Source: an uncultured Acidobacteriota bacterium (GTDB lineage Bacteria; Acidobacteriota; UBA6911). From it: 64,000 nucleotides of DNA. The notes under the pieces are model-generated. The model searched no databases. It was not told the DNA's origin and saw nothing but the letters and a program-made list of their open reading frames with translations. The position numbers and the translations under genes are program-made. Of the stretch, positions 41,608 to 51,217 are shown piece by piece. The DNA lies in NCBI GenBank assembly GCA_963747985.1, contig CAVVHG010000013.1, positions 75,695 through 139,694 on the forward strand. Reading direction: 5' to 3'. Each line of letters opens with the position of its first letter. The first letter of the stretch is position 1.

Positions 41608-43715
41608 TGCCTCAGCGCCGCCAGAGTCTTTTTCTTAACCGGGAGTTGAGCTGGCTCGAGTTCAATGCCCGGGTCCTCGAGGAAGGTCAGGACGCGGGCA
41701 ATCCCATCCTGGAACGCCTCCGCTTCTACTGTATCTTCAATTCGAACCTGGACGAATTCTTCATGGTCCGGGTGGCGTCGGTTTTCCGCCAGATCCGGGA
41801 GGCGGATCCCAAACCGGATCCTTCGGGCATGACGCCCGACCAGCTGCTTGAGAAGATACTCGCGAAGGTGCGGACATTAGTCGATGCCTCCGGCCGGCTC
41901 TACGAGGAAAAGCTTTTGCCGGCACTCGCCAAGCAGAAGATCCAGATCCTGGCCCCGGCGCAGCTGGGTGAAAACCAGCGCCGCTACGTGGACGAGTACT
42001 CTGAGCGCGAAATACAGCCGATTCTCACTCCGCTGGCGATCGACCAGTCGCACACCATACCTCGTCTGACGGCCCTGGCCACCTATCTCGCGGTGCTGCT
42101 GGAACCTCAGAAGGAGGGCGAAACCGGTCGCCGGCTTGCGGTTGTTCAGGTGCCGTCGCTCCTCCCCGGCCTGATCCGACTCCCGGAAGCTTCGGGGGTT
42201 GAGGTGTGCTGGCTGACTGATGTGGTCCGCTGCCGGCTTGATGCGCTATTTGCCGGTTACCGGGTGCTCGAGGTTTCGGCCTTCCGCGTTACCCGGGATT
42301 CCGAGCTTGAGCTCGATGACGAAGGGCAGGAAAGCTACGTGCGGATGCTCGAGACTGAGCTCAAGAAACGTCAGAGGGCAACTCCGATCCGGGTGGAGTG
42401 CGAAGTCTCGATGTCGGAGGAGCTCAAGAAGAGCCTGGTCGAGGGCCTCGGCGTGTCGCAGACGGCGCTGATATCGGTGCGCGGCCCGCTCGATCCCAAG
42501 CCCCTCCTCACGCTGGTCGAAATGCCCGGCTTTGACAAGCTGCGTTACACACCGCAGCCGCCGCTGATGCCTGCCGTCTTCGATCAGGAGCGCGGCATTT
42601 TCGACATCATCCGGGAACGGGATATCCTGCTTCACCATCCCTACGACAGTTTCGACCCGGTCGTGGAGTTCCTGGAAACGGCGGCCGATGACCCCGATGT
42701 GCTCGCAGTCAGGCAGACGCTGTACCGGGCGAGCGGCAAATCTTCTCCCGTACTCGGCGCACTGACGCGTGCCGCCGAAAAGGGCAAGCAGGTAACTGTC
42801 CTGGTCGAACTGATGGCCCGCTTCGATGAAGAGCGGAACATAAACTGGGCCCGCGATCTGGAAGACGCCGGCGCTCACGTCCTCTACGGCGTTTCAGGAC
42901 TCAAGGTGCATGCGAAGATCATTCTCGTCGTCCGGCGCGAGGCAGGAGGCATCCGGCGCTATGTCCACCTTGGGACAGGGAACTACAACGAGCGCACCGC
43001 CAGGGTTTACACCGATCTCGGGCTGTTGACCGCCGATCCAGAAATTGGCCGCGACGCATCCGGTTTTTTCAACACGATCACGGGCTACTCAGAGCCGCCG
43101 GCCTTCACTCACCTCGTGATGGCTCCCATCGGCATGAGGGATCGCATCATCTCCCTGATCAGGCGCGAAGCGGACCGTGCCCGCTCCGGGCAACCCGTCG
43201 GGATCCTTGCGAAGGTGAACTCCCTTGTAGACACGAAGATTATCGAAGAGCTCTACGCGGCCAGCTCCGCGGGCGTGCCCGTCCGTTTGAATGTCCGGGG
43301 GATCTGCTGCCTCCGGCCGGGAGTCCAGGAAGTGAGCGAGAACATCCAGGTTGTCTCGGTTGTGGATCGCTACCTCGAGCACAGCCGGGTTTTCGTCTTC
43401 CGAAACGGCGGGAGCACCGAAGTGTATGCGTCCAGTGCCGACTGGATGCCGCGAAACCTGGACCGCAGGGTTGAGCTCATGTTCCCGATTCTGCGCCCCG
43501 AGTTGAGGGATCATGTGATCGATATGCTGGAGGCGCAGTTTGCCGACAACCAGAAGGGGCGCAGGCTGAAGCCGGACGGATCCTACGAGCGCGTCACTCC
43601 GGGCAAGGCGGATCCGGTGCGCGTGCAGGAAAGCCTTTACCGCCGCGCTGTTGCTGAAGCAGAGAGAGTGCGCTCCGTCACCCCGGTGAGGTTCGCGCCG
43701 ATAGAAGGGAATTAG
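41607..43715 (+). CDS. ppk1: Polyphosphate kinase 1
   Basis: FLNRELSWLEFNARV, NLDEFFMVRV, HHPYDSF, KVHAK, HLGTGNYN, SADWMPRNL. Confidence 0.98.
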   Translation: MPQRRQSLFLNRELSWLEFNARVLEEGQDAGNPILERLRFYCIFNSNLDEFFMVRVASVFRQIREADPKPDPSGMTPDQLLEKILAKVRTLVDASGRLYEEKLLPALAKQKIQILAPAQLGENQRRYVDEYSEREIQPILTPLAIDQSHTIPRLTALATYLAVLLEPQKEGETGRRLAVVQVPSLLPGLIRLPEASGVEVCWLTDVVRCRLDALFAGYRVLEVSAFRVTRDSELELDDEGQESYVRMLETELKKRQRATPIRVECEVSMSEELKKSLVEGLGVSQTALISVRGPLDPKPLLTLVEMPGFDKLRYTPQPPLMPAVFDQERGIFDIIRERDILLHHPYDSFDPVVEFLETAADDPDVLAVRQTLYRASGKSSPVLGALTRAAEKGKQVTVLVELMARFDEERNINWARDLEDAGAHVLYGVSGLKVHAKIILVVRREAGGIRRYVHLGTGNYNERTARVYTDLGLLTADPEIGRDASGFFNTITGYSEPPAFTHLVMAPIGMRDRIISLIRREADRARSGQPVGILAKVNSLVDTKIIEELYAASSAGVPVRLNVRGICCLRPGVQEVSENIQVVSVVDRYLEHSRVFVFRNGGSTEVYASSADWMPRNLDRRVELMFPILRPELRDHVIDMLEAQFADNQKGRRLKPDGSYERVTPGKADPVRVQESLYRRAVAEAERVRSVTPVRFAPIEGN

Positions 43716-43723
43716 CGGCGCAG

Positions 43724-44497
43724 TCAGTCCGGTACGGACTCCGCCTGCGGCGTCCGAAAATACGCGTTCAGAAACCGGCCGAGGCTTTCCCGGGCGATCT
43801 CGGTGCGTCTGTTCCACTCCTGCAGGTTATGGAAGAACTCGCCCGTCGTGAGTGAGTTGACGTGGGTCCTGATTCTCGCTGCACGGGACCGGAAAGAGAA
43901 CGGCTTCAGGAAGGGGTCGTCGGCGGGATCGGTTATCGCACGCACGCAGGCTGCCGGGATTCCTTCCAACGCCGCCGCTCGGGCAAGTACGGCGGTTTCC
44001 ATGTCGACCACGGTGGCCCCGAATTGCCTGCGAAGCAGCTCCTTGTGGACCGGGTCTCCCACGACATCGTGGGCAGTCAGCCCTTCAGCACTGCGGATCG
44101 ACAGGCCGGCTGCGGCGGCGATGCGGGCCAGGTCGCCGCTCGCCGACAATTCCCACGACCCCTGGCAGAACGAAGCTCCCGCAGCAAGGGCCTCGGCTGG
44201 TATTTTTCCGAGCAGACTCGAACGGGTGATCGCAACCAGGTCGCCCAGCTGCAGGCCGTGTTTCAGAGCTCCGGCGTACCCGACTATGAGTAGCAGCGAC
44301 GGCCGGACGTGCCTGAGAGCACACGCAAGCCTTTCTGCAGCCGCTTTGGGTCCTACTCCGGATCTGAGCAGGTGAAACCGCTGTCCGTCGCGCCGCGCTT
44401 CCAGGAGGCCCGAAACGCCGTCGACCCTGCGCACCTGCCGCGCGGATTCGAGCACAACCTTCGTCTCTTCAGCCAGCGCAGCCACAACGAGCATCAT
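43724..44497 (-). CDS. Nucleoside phosphorylase-family protein, HpnG-like
   Basis: AAL..E, SGVG, GYAGAL, VDMET, VRAITD; lies in the hopanoid cluster. Confidence 0.8.
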   Translation of the reverse strand: MMLVVAALAEETKVVLESARQVRRVDGVSGLLEARRDGQRFHLLRSGVGPKAAAERLACALRHVRPSLLLIVGYAGALKHGLQLGDLVAITRSSLLGKIPAEALAAGASFCQGSWELSASGDLARIAAAAGLSIRSAEGLTAHDVVGDPVHKELLRRQFGATVVDMETAVLARAAALEGIPAACVRAITDPADDPFLKPFSFRSRAARIRTHVNSLTTGEFFHNLQEWNRRTEIARESLGRFLNAYFRTPQAESVPD

Positions 44498-44671
44498 GGC
44501 GCATCCCTCATTCCCCCTGGTTCAGGCGCGACGCAGCGTCTCCCGCCGGTTTGCCTGACCCTGCTCCTGAAATGGGAGCAACGTCGGGGCCCAAGCTCGT
44601 GGTTGCGGGCTCTCTGGCCTCATAGGCATGGGTGCGCATCCCGCGCGCGGGTTGCCGTTCGCGAGTGGTCA

Positions 44672-45547
44672 TCAGGCGTTTTCTCTCCGCGTCATGAGGC
44701 GCATGGCCATCGCCCTCAGGGCGATCGCGCATTTTTCCGCGTTTGACACACGAACGGTGCGTCCGAATACCTCGTACCGCGCCCCCACGATCTTGTCCAG
44801 GAGCCGGCGGTAGATTTCCATCATGGCCCAGAGGGCGGGCCGGCTGGCACGGTCGACCATGGGGAGGAGGTTGCGTGCACTCTCATAGTAGCCGCGTGCA
44901 CGTGATGCCTGATAGGTCATCAGCTGGAAAAACCGGTCGTCGGAAACACCTTTCATGAGGTCTTCAGGACCGTAACCGAAGCGACGCAGCTCTTCGATCG
45001 GGAGGTAGATTCGTTCCATGCGAGCGTCCTCGCTGACGTCCCTCAGGATATTCGTCAGCTGGAAGGCGATCCCGCACTGCTCGGCATAGTCCTTCGCCTT
45101 TTCGTCCCGGAACCCGAAAATCTGCAAACACGTCAGCCCCACAGCCCCCGCCACGTTGAAACAGTAGCGGTAGAGCTCGGCGAAACTCTCGTACCGACGG
45201 ATGGCGAGGTCCATCTCGACGCCATCCAGGATCCAGTGAAAGTACTGGCCGGGAATCGAAAACCTGCGGACAGCATCCCGAAACGCCGGGAGAATCGGAT
45301 CAGCGTCGCAATCGCCGTTCAACGCTCCGTCCAACTGCTCGCGCCAGCGGCGCAGCAACGCGCGCTTCCGGTCCTCGGAATGGGAGCCGTCCGCGATGTC
45401 GTCGCAGTGGCGCATGAATGCGTACACGGCACAGAGGGCGCGCCGCTTCTCACGCGGCAGCAGAACGAAGGAATAGTAGAAGTTTCTCGCTCGGCGACGG
45501 GCCACCAGTTCGACGTTCCTGTAGGACTGGCAAAGCTCCTCGGTCAT
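44672..45547 (-). CDS. hpnD: Squalene/phytoene synthase family, HpnD-like
   Basis: NFYYSF, YAFMR.CDD, YC..VAG.VG, AFQLTNILRDV.ED, RIYLP. Confidence 0.88.
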   Translation of the reverse strand: MTEELCQSYRNVELVARRRARNFYYSFVLLPREKRRALCAVYAFMRHCDDIADGSHSEDRKRALLRRWREQLDGALNGDCDADPILPAFRDAVRRFSIPGQYFHWILDGVEMDLAIRRYESFAELYRYCFNVAGAVGLTCLQIFGFRDEKAKDYAEQCGIAFQLTNILRDVSEDARMERIYLPIEELRRFGYGPEDLMKGVSDDRFFQLMTYQASRARGYYESARNLLPMVDRASRPALWAMMEIYRRLLDKIVGARYEVFGRTVRVSNAEKCAIALRAMAMRLMTRRENA

Positions 45548-45560
45548 ATCTCGCTCAAGC

Positions 45561-45660
45561 AGAATTCAGAATTCAGAAATCAGAATTCAGAATGTCTGTC
45601 GGAGAACTGGCGGTCTCTCGGCCTAGCATTCCGAATTCTGAGTTCTGAATTCTGAGTTCT
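45561..45660. repeat. Inverted heptamer-array element, (AGAATTC)n family
   Basis: 34-nt arms, 31/34 complementary, 32-nt spacer; lies inside the operon between the dehydrogenase and hpnD. Confidence 0.92.
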
Positions 45661-45663
45661 TTT

Positions 45664-46725
45664 TCAGGGAATGATGGCGATCTTGAGATCACCGTTTCTC
45701 GTCAGCAGTCTTTCCAGAACCTCATGCAGGGACGTGAGCCGTTCCTCGCCAGTGATCAACGACCGGGCGCGAATCTCTCCGCGGTGTATGGCGTCAAGCG
45801 CTTCACGGATGTGTCGCGGCGTGTGGTGAAAGCTGGCTTTGATCGTAATCTCCGAGTAGTGGATCAGCGTCGTATCCAGGGGTATGTGCGTGCCTGAGGG
45901 GCAGCCTCCGAAGAGATTAATGGTTCCGCCCCTGCGGACCATGCCCATCGCTTTCTGCCAGGTTTCGGTCGTCCCGACGGCTTCGATGACGAAATCGGCT
46001 CCCCTGCGTCCGTTGGTGATTTTGCGCACCTGTTCGACTACGTTCGAGTGCGTCGAGTCCACGACATAGTCAGCACCCATCTTCTTGGCCACACCAAGCT
46101 GGTACTCCCTCTTGCCGGCAGCTATGACGGTGGCGCCGAGGCTCTTCAGGATCTGGACGAACATGAGTCCGATCGGGCCCAGCCCGATGACCACCACCGT
46201 GTCTCCCTCCACGATTCCTGTTTCCTCCGCCGCCCGCAGGACGCAGGCCAGCGGTTCCACCAGCGCGGCTTCGTGAAAACTGACGTTGTCAGGCAATATC
46301 AGGAGGTTCTGACGTACGATCCTCTCCGGGATTCTTATGAACTCAGCGTAGGCGCCGTTAATGAAATGCAGGTCTTCGCAAAGATTTGCCAGGTGCCGTT
46401 CGCAAAAGAAACACTCGTTGCACGGGCCGGAGTTCGCCGAGACCACTCTCATCCCCGGGGCGAAACTCTCCACGCCTTCACCTACCTCTTCGACCACGCC
46501 CGACAGTTCGTGCCCGAACACGGAAGGCGGGACGATCATCCGGGCGTGAAACCCCTGGCGGTAAACCTTCAGGTCGGTACCGCAGGTGAGGGCCGCCTTG
46601 ATGCGGACGAGCACTTCTCCCGGGCCCACGCGCGGGATGGGGATCTGCTCGATTCGTACGTCCCGTTTCCCGTAGAGCACCGCGGCGGTCATCTTCTCGC
46701 GGGAAACCTTCATCAGTTCTCTCAT
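45664..46725 (-). CDS. Zinc-dependent alcohol dehydrogenase (MDR family)
   Basis: CGTD, GHE, CNECFFC...C, GLGPIG; ATG overlaps the upstream stop (ATGA). Confidence 0.92.
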   Translation of the reverse strand: MRELMKVSREKMTAAVLYGKRDVRIEQIPIPRVGPGEVLVRIKAALTCGTDLKVYRQGFHARMIVPPSVFGHELSGVVEEVGEGVESFAPGMRVVSANSGPCNECFFCERHLANLCEDLHFINGAYAEFIRIPERIVRQNLLILPDNVSFHEAALVEPLACVLRAAEETGIVEGDTVVVIGLGPIGLMFVQILKSLGATVIAAGKREYQLGVAKKMGADYVVDSTHSNVVEQVRKITNGRRGADFVIEAVGTTETWQKAMGMVRRGGTINLFGGCPSGTHIPLDTTLIHYSEITIKASFHHTPRHIREALDAIHRGEIRARSLITGEERLTSLHEVLERLLTRNGDLKIAIIP

Positions 46726-47828
46726 GGGTTTATCACAACTTTGAGCGAGTCCTCGGAAGGATGCGATGCTATGTGAATACCATCCAGCAGGCGCGCAAGC
46801 GGGAGTCGATGTGTAATCAGCCGGGCTACGTCCACTCTCCGGCTGAAAATCAAGTGCGCGGCCTTCTCCTGGAGTTCCACCGAGGAGCTGTAACTGCCTA
46901 TGAGCTTCTTTTCCTCCATGCATACCCTGGAGGCGTCGACGGGAATGATTTCCCCCGGAACGGTCTGCGCGAAGAGCAGAACCCTCCCTCCCCGTCGGAC
47001 GTGCTTCTGGGCCGTGACAACCACGTCGGGCACCGCCGTCGCGACGATCGCGAGGTCGGCGCCGCGACCTTCGGTAATGCCGGCCAGTATCCCGTCTGCG
47101 GACTCCTTCCCGGGGTTCAGTGCGAAGTTCGCACCCAACTCGCGTGCGACACGGAGACGGCTTTCCATCGGGTCCAATCCCACGACCGTACAACCATCAC
47201 AGCGCGCGGCCTGGGTTAACAGCAGGCCGATCGGACCCTGTCCGAAAATGAGCACCACCTCGCCTGGGGTCAGTTCGGCCGTCTCCAGCGCCTTCAGGCA
47301 GGTGTTGAGCGGTTCCAGGAAGCTGGCCTCCTCGAAACTGATCCCGTCGGGGATTTCCACCGTTCCGGCTTCGACAATCCAATCCATGACCCGAACGTAT
47401 TCCGCGAAGCCCCCTCCTGCAGGTTCGAACCCTGCGGTAGTCCCCGTGCGACGGTAGATCTCGCATTGCGAGTAGAGCCTCCGCCGGCAGTAGAAACAGG
47501 AGCGGCACGGAACGTGATGGTGCGCCACGATTCTGGCGCCGGGCTCGAACCGGGTGACCTTGCTGCCGACACGGACGATGGTGCCGGCGATCTCGTGGCC
47601 AAAAATACGAGGGGGCGGGACAAGACCGAGCTCTATCTTCTTGATATCGGTAGCGCACACACCGCATGCCCCGACCCGAACCAGCACTTCGCCTTTTCCG
47701 ATCTCGGGGACCGGAACCGGGCGCATCTCGACTTTGTCGCGGCCCTGGTAGACCGCTGCCTGCATAACCGACGGCACGACGGAGGGAGCAGGGTGTTTGT
47801 CGATGGTCACGGTCGCAGGCCTGTTCAT
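46722..47828 (-). CDS. Zinc-dependent alcohol dehydrogenase (MDR family)
   Basis: CATD, GHE, CRSCFYC...C, GQGPIG. Confidence 0.92.
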   Translation of the reverse strand: MNRPATVTIDKHPAPSVVPSVMQAAVYQGRDKVEMRPVPVPEIGKGEVLVRVGACGVCATDIKKIELGLVPPPRIFGHEIAGTIVRVGSKVTRFEPGARIVAHHHVPCRSCFYCRRRLYSQCEIYRRTGTTAGFEPAGGGFAEYVRVMDWIVEAGTVEIPDGISFEEASFLEPLNTCLKALETAELTPGEVVLIFGQGPIGLLLTQAARCDGCTVVGLDPMESRLRVARELGANFALNPGKESADGILAGITEGRGADLAIVATAVPDVVVTAQKHVRRGGRVLLFAQTVPGEIIPVDASRVCMEEKKLIGSYSSSVELQEKAAHLIFSRRVDVARLITHRLPLARLLDGIHIASHPSEDSLKVVINP

Positions 47829-47852
47829 AGTCCGGTCGTATATGGATGCCCT

Positions 47853-48893
47853 CTACACCGCATCCGGCCGCAGATTCGAGATCCGGTCGTGGGCCGAGGC
47901 GGGCTGCCATTCATAGAGGAAGTACTCGACCGCTTCGCGCAGTCCCTGTTCGACGGGTCGCGTCTTGTAGCCCAGTTCACTCCGCGCCCTTTCGCCGCTG
48001 ACATAGTTCCTGCAGCCGGCCAGCCTGACGGCGTCGAGGGGTATGGTCGGTTCCCGTCGCAATATCGTCCCCATTACCAGGTTGTCCAGATAGGCGGCAC
48101 ACAGTGCCACGATCCGCGGAATTACCACCCTCGGCGTCAGGCGCCCGGAGATGCTCGCAAGCGTGTCGAGAATCTCCTCGAGGCTCCAGTCCTCACCCGC
48201 CAGGATGTAACGCTCCCCCGGTCTCCCCCTTTCCTCGGCCAGCAGATGACCGCGCGCCACATCATCAGCGCAGACGATGTTCATGCTGGTGTTAACGTAC
48301 GCCGGCATCCGTCCGCGGATGAAATCCAGTATCATTTTCCCCATTGGTGTGGGCTTGATGTCCCCGGCGCCAACCGGCGTCGTCGGATTCACGATGACCA
48401 AAGGGAGGCCCGCCGCGGCGAATTCGCGCGCTACCTGCTCTGCCATGAACTTCGACCGCTGGTAGTGCCCGATCATGTCATCCAGGCTGACCGGCGTATC
48501 CTCGTCACCCGGCAGGTTGCCCTTGCTGAATCCGATGGTTCCTGCTGTGCTCGTGTATACAACCTTTTCCACGTTGGCCTCGCAGCAGGCCGAAAGCAGG
48601 TTGCGCGTGCCGGCAACGTTGCTTTCGTAGATCTCGTCGGTATTGCGGGACCAGAAACGGAAGTCTGCGGCGAGGTGGTAGACGCGTCGGCATCCCTGGA
48701 CGCATCGGAGCAGGGAACTCATGTTCTTGAGATCCCCGATCACGATCTCGCAGCCAAGCCCCTCCACGTTCGATTTGCGGCTGGAGTTACGGGCAAGGAT
48801 CCTGACACGGTCCCCGCGGAGCAGCAATTGGCGCACCACGTGACTGCCGACGAAACCCGTTGCACCCGTCACGAATGTCAGATCGTCGATCAT
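47853..48893 (-). CDS. hpnA: NAD-dependent epimerase/dehydratase, hopanoid-associated HpnA-like
   Basis: TGATGFVG, HLAAD, YQRSK, VNPTTPVG.GD.KPTP. Confidence 0.88.
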   Translation of the reverse strand: MIDDLTFVTGATGFVGSHVVRQLLLRGDRVRILARNSSRKSNVEGLGCEIVIGDLKNMSSLLRCVQGCRRVYHLAADFRFWSRNTDEIYESNVAGTRNLLSACCEANVEKVVYTSTAGTIGFSKGNLPGDEDTPVSLDDMIGHYQRSKFMAEQVAREFAAAGLPLVIVNPTTPVGAGDIKPTPMGKMILDFIRGRMPAYVNTSMNIVCADDVARGHLLAEERGRPGERYILAGEDWSLEEILDTLASISGRLTPRVVIPRIVALCAAYLDNLVMGTILRREPTIPLDAVRLAGCRNYVSGERARSELGYKTRPVEQGLREAVEYFLYEWQPASAHDRISNLRPDAV

Positions 48894-48898
48894 GATGC

Positions 48899-49927
48899 CT
48901 ATCCGCGAGCCGACGAAGCGGCAATCTCGCTCGCCCCGTGCCCGGATCCTGTGGCATCGAGCACGAGTTCCTCAGGCAGGGCGAACTCCACCTTCTCAAC
49001 GATTCCGCCCGCGTTCACGACCTGCGTGAAGCCCAGTGCACGCATCCGCTCGATAACGAGATCGACCAGATTCTCCGGCACCGAGGCTCCAGCCGTAAGC
49101 CCTGCATTTCGAACGTTTTCCAGCCAATCTGGGCGGATGTCATCCGCGTCACCGATCAGGTGTGCCGCTACACCTGCGCTCCTTGCGACCTCAACGAGGC
49201 GGCATGAGTTGGAAGAATTGGCGGAACCGACCACGAGCACGACCTCAACACGGCGTGCCAGATCCTTGACTGCGTGTTGGCGGTTCTGAGTGGCGTAGCA
49301 GATGTCCTCAGAGGGCGGCCCCTGAATGGATGGAAATCTCTCCCTCAGGCGTTCGAATATCTCGCGGGTGTCGTCAAGACTCAGAGTCGTTTGCGTGAGA
49401 CACGCGACCCTTTCGGGGTCCGGGACCACGAGTGCAGCGATTTCTTCGACACTGCCGATGATCCGGATGGACTGCGGAGCCTCGCCAACGGTACCTATGA
49501 CTTCGTCGTGGTCCGCATGACCGATCAGGATGATCGTATAGTCCTGCAGGGCATACCTGACCGCTTCGCGGTGAACCTTGATGACCAGGGGGCAGCTGGC
49601 GTCTATCACCTTCAGTCGCCGTTCTGCGGCCATGCGGCGGACCTCGGGTGATACCCCGTGCGCACTGAAGATCACTCGAGCGCGCTCAGGGACCTCGTCA
49701 AGCTCGTCGACGAAAATGACTCCGCGAGCGCGCAATTCACTGACGACGAAGCTGTTATGGACAATCTCGCGTCTGACGTAGAGCGGCTGCCCGTAGGTCT
49801 TGAGTGCAAGATTGACGATATCGATAGCTCGGACTACACCCGCGCAAAAGCCGCGGGGCGTCGCCAGGACAAGCTTTCGCCCATCCTCCGAAGCTGATAT
49901 CTGATTTTGGCCTGACAGCATAGTCAA
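48899..49927 (-). CDS. ispH: 4-hydroxy-3-methylbut-2-enyl diphosphate reductase
   Basis: PRGFCAGV.RAI, IVHN, SAHGV, DASCPLV, QTTLS, ICYATQNRQ, SSNS, TAGAS.P. Confidence 0.97.
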   Translation of the reverse strand: MTMLSGQNQISASEDGRKLVLATPRGFCAGVVRAIDIVNLALKTYGQPLYVRREIVHNSFVVSELRARGVIFVDELDEVPERARVIFSAHGVSPEVRRMAAERRLKVIDASCPLVIKVHREAVRYALQDYTIILIGHADHDEVIGTVGEAPQSIRIIGSVEEIAALVVPDPERVACLTQTTLSLDDTREIFERLRERFPSIQGPPSEDICYATQNRQHAVKDLARRVEVVLVVGSANSSNSCRLVEVARSAGVAAHLIGDADDIRPDWLENVRNAGLTAGASVPENLVDLVIERMRALGFTQVVNAGGIVEKVEFALPEELVLDATGSGHGASEIAASSARG

Positions 49928-50002
49928 GACACAGCCCGATAGATCGATCTAGCCTTGTGCTTTGTTCAAATCCAATAGTTTACCTGAACGCTGCGTGCAA
50001 CT

Positions 50003-50959
50003 CTACGGGCTTCTTCCAGCGGCGCACTCTCCCGGGGTGTTGCCTTTGGGTCGCTCCCGGGACGGTGCTGAACTCGTCGATCCCAGAAGAGTCAGGAGCG
50101 TAACGGCCGCCACCAGGATGCAGGCGCCTATGATTTGCGACACGGTCAACCGGCTCCCGAGGAGATACCAGTTGGCGGTCACCGCGGTGATGGGGAAAGC
50201 CAGTTCCCCGATGGAGGCCAGAGACGCCGGGGTCGAACGGAGTCCGTGATAGTAGAAGATGAGCGCCAAGAGCCCTGGTATGAGCGCCATGGCGATGATC
50301 GAGAATGTCTCGTCGAGGGTCACCGGAAGGCCGCGGTCGGAGTGGGGCTGAATCACGAACAGTAGCGCCAGCATCGGGAGTGCGATCGCAAATCTCAGGC
50401 CGGTCAGGACGAGGGCCGGTACCCTGGTGACCACGTAGCGGCCGAAAACCGTGGATGACCCCCACAACGCGGCGGCTCCCATGGCTGCGAGTATGGTCCC
50501 GGGTTGCTGCAGATCGAATGCAAGCGCCTCACGCCAATCAGGCGCCGCGATGAGATAGGCCCCGGCAACGGCAGGCGGGAGGCAGAACCAGAACCATCGG
50601 CCGGGCCGTTCGCCCAGCAACCACCTGGCCAGGAGCAGCGTGAAAATAGGTTGCGTCTTCTGAAGCAGGGCGGCAACACTGGGGTTTCCGTGCTTGATTG
50701 CGAAGGTGAACAGGCTTGTGGCAGCCACCGATCCGCCCAAGGCGATGAAAGAGAGTGCGATCCAGTCCCTCCTGCCCAGGCTCCGGAGGACGGCGGCAGA
50801 CCGGGCCAGAAACGGCAACACGACCAGCACGAGGACCAAATGCTCGAGAAAGACGATGGTGACCGGAGACAGGGATCGGGTGAGAGGGCGGCGGAAGAGG
50901 GAATCGGTTCCCCAGAGCATGGCCGCCAGAACTACCAGCAGAAGCCCGTGTGTCCGCAT
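50003..50959 (-). CDS. DMT/EamA family transporter
   Basis: Two 5-TM repeats, LWGT, LLQKTQPIF, LLGER; start uncertain. Confidence 0.88.
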   Translation of the reverse strand: MRTHGLLLVVLAAMLWGTDSLFRRPLTRSLSPVTIVFLEHLVLVLVVLPFLARSAAVLRSLGRRDWIALSFIALGGSVAATSLFTFAIKHGNPSVAALLQKTQPIFTLLLARWLLGERPGRWFWFCLPPAVAGAYLIAAPDWREALAFDLQQPGTILAAMGAAALWGSSTVFGRYVVTRVPALVLTGLRFAIALPMLALLFVIQPHSDRGLPVTLDETFSIIAMALIPGLLALIFYYHGLRSTPASLASIGELAFPITAVTANWYLLGSRLTVSQIIGACILVAAVTLLTLLGSTSSAPSRERPKGNTPGECAAGRSP

Positions 50960-51075
50960 CCCGCTCCCCTGGAACTGAAGCGCAAATCTTAGCATACAGC
51001 CCTCGCCGGGTGGTTTCACACCGCCGGTGCGAGCCTTGCGCAGTTCGGCGGGGAGTGCCAACGCTGATTTCGCAA

Positions 51076-51104
51076 TTGACGCGCCTATCTCCCTTTGCTA
51101 GTAT
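51076..51104 (+). promoter_or_regulatory. Sigma70 promoter of tRNA-Glu
   Basis: TTGACG-N17-TAGTAT with a TG extension, 16 nt before the tRNA. Confidence 0.65.
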
Positions 51105-51120
51105 CGTTTCCCCGCAGTGA

Positions 51121-51196
51121 GGCGCTATCGTCTAGGGGACTAGGACGGGTGGTTCTCAGCCATCAAACCTCGGTTCGAATCCGAGTAGCGCTACCA
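51121..51196 (+). tRNA. tRNA-Glu (anticodon CTC)
   Basis: GGCGCTATCGTCTAGGGGACTAGGAC...TTCTCAG...GGTTCGAATCC...TAGCGCTACCA. Confidence 0.97.
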
Positions 51197-51217
51197 TACT
51201 TCAAGCCTTTGACGGAC

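Noticed and set aside
44508-44732. 74-aa ORF between hpnD and hpnG
   Set aside because: Overlaps hpnD, with no motif or RBS support
51095-51217. Extended N-terminus of the GNAT ORF
   Set aside because: Runs through tRNA-Glu; ATG 51218 is the plausible start
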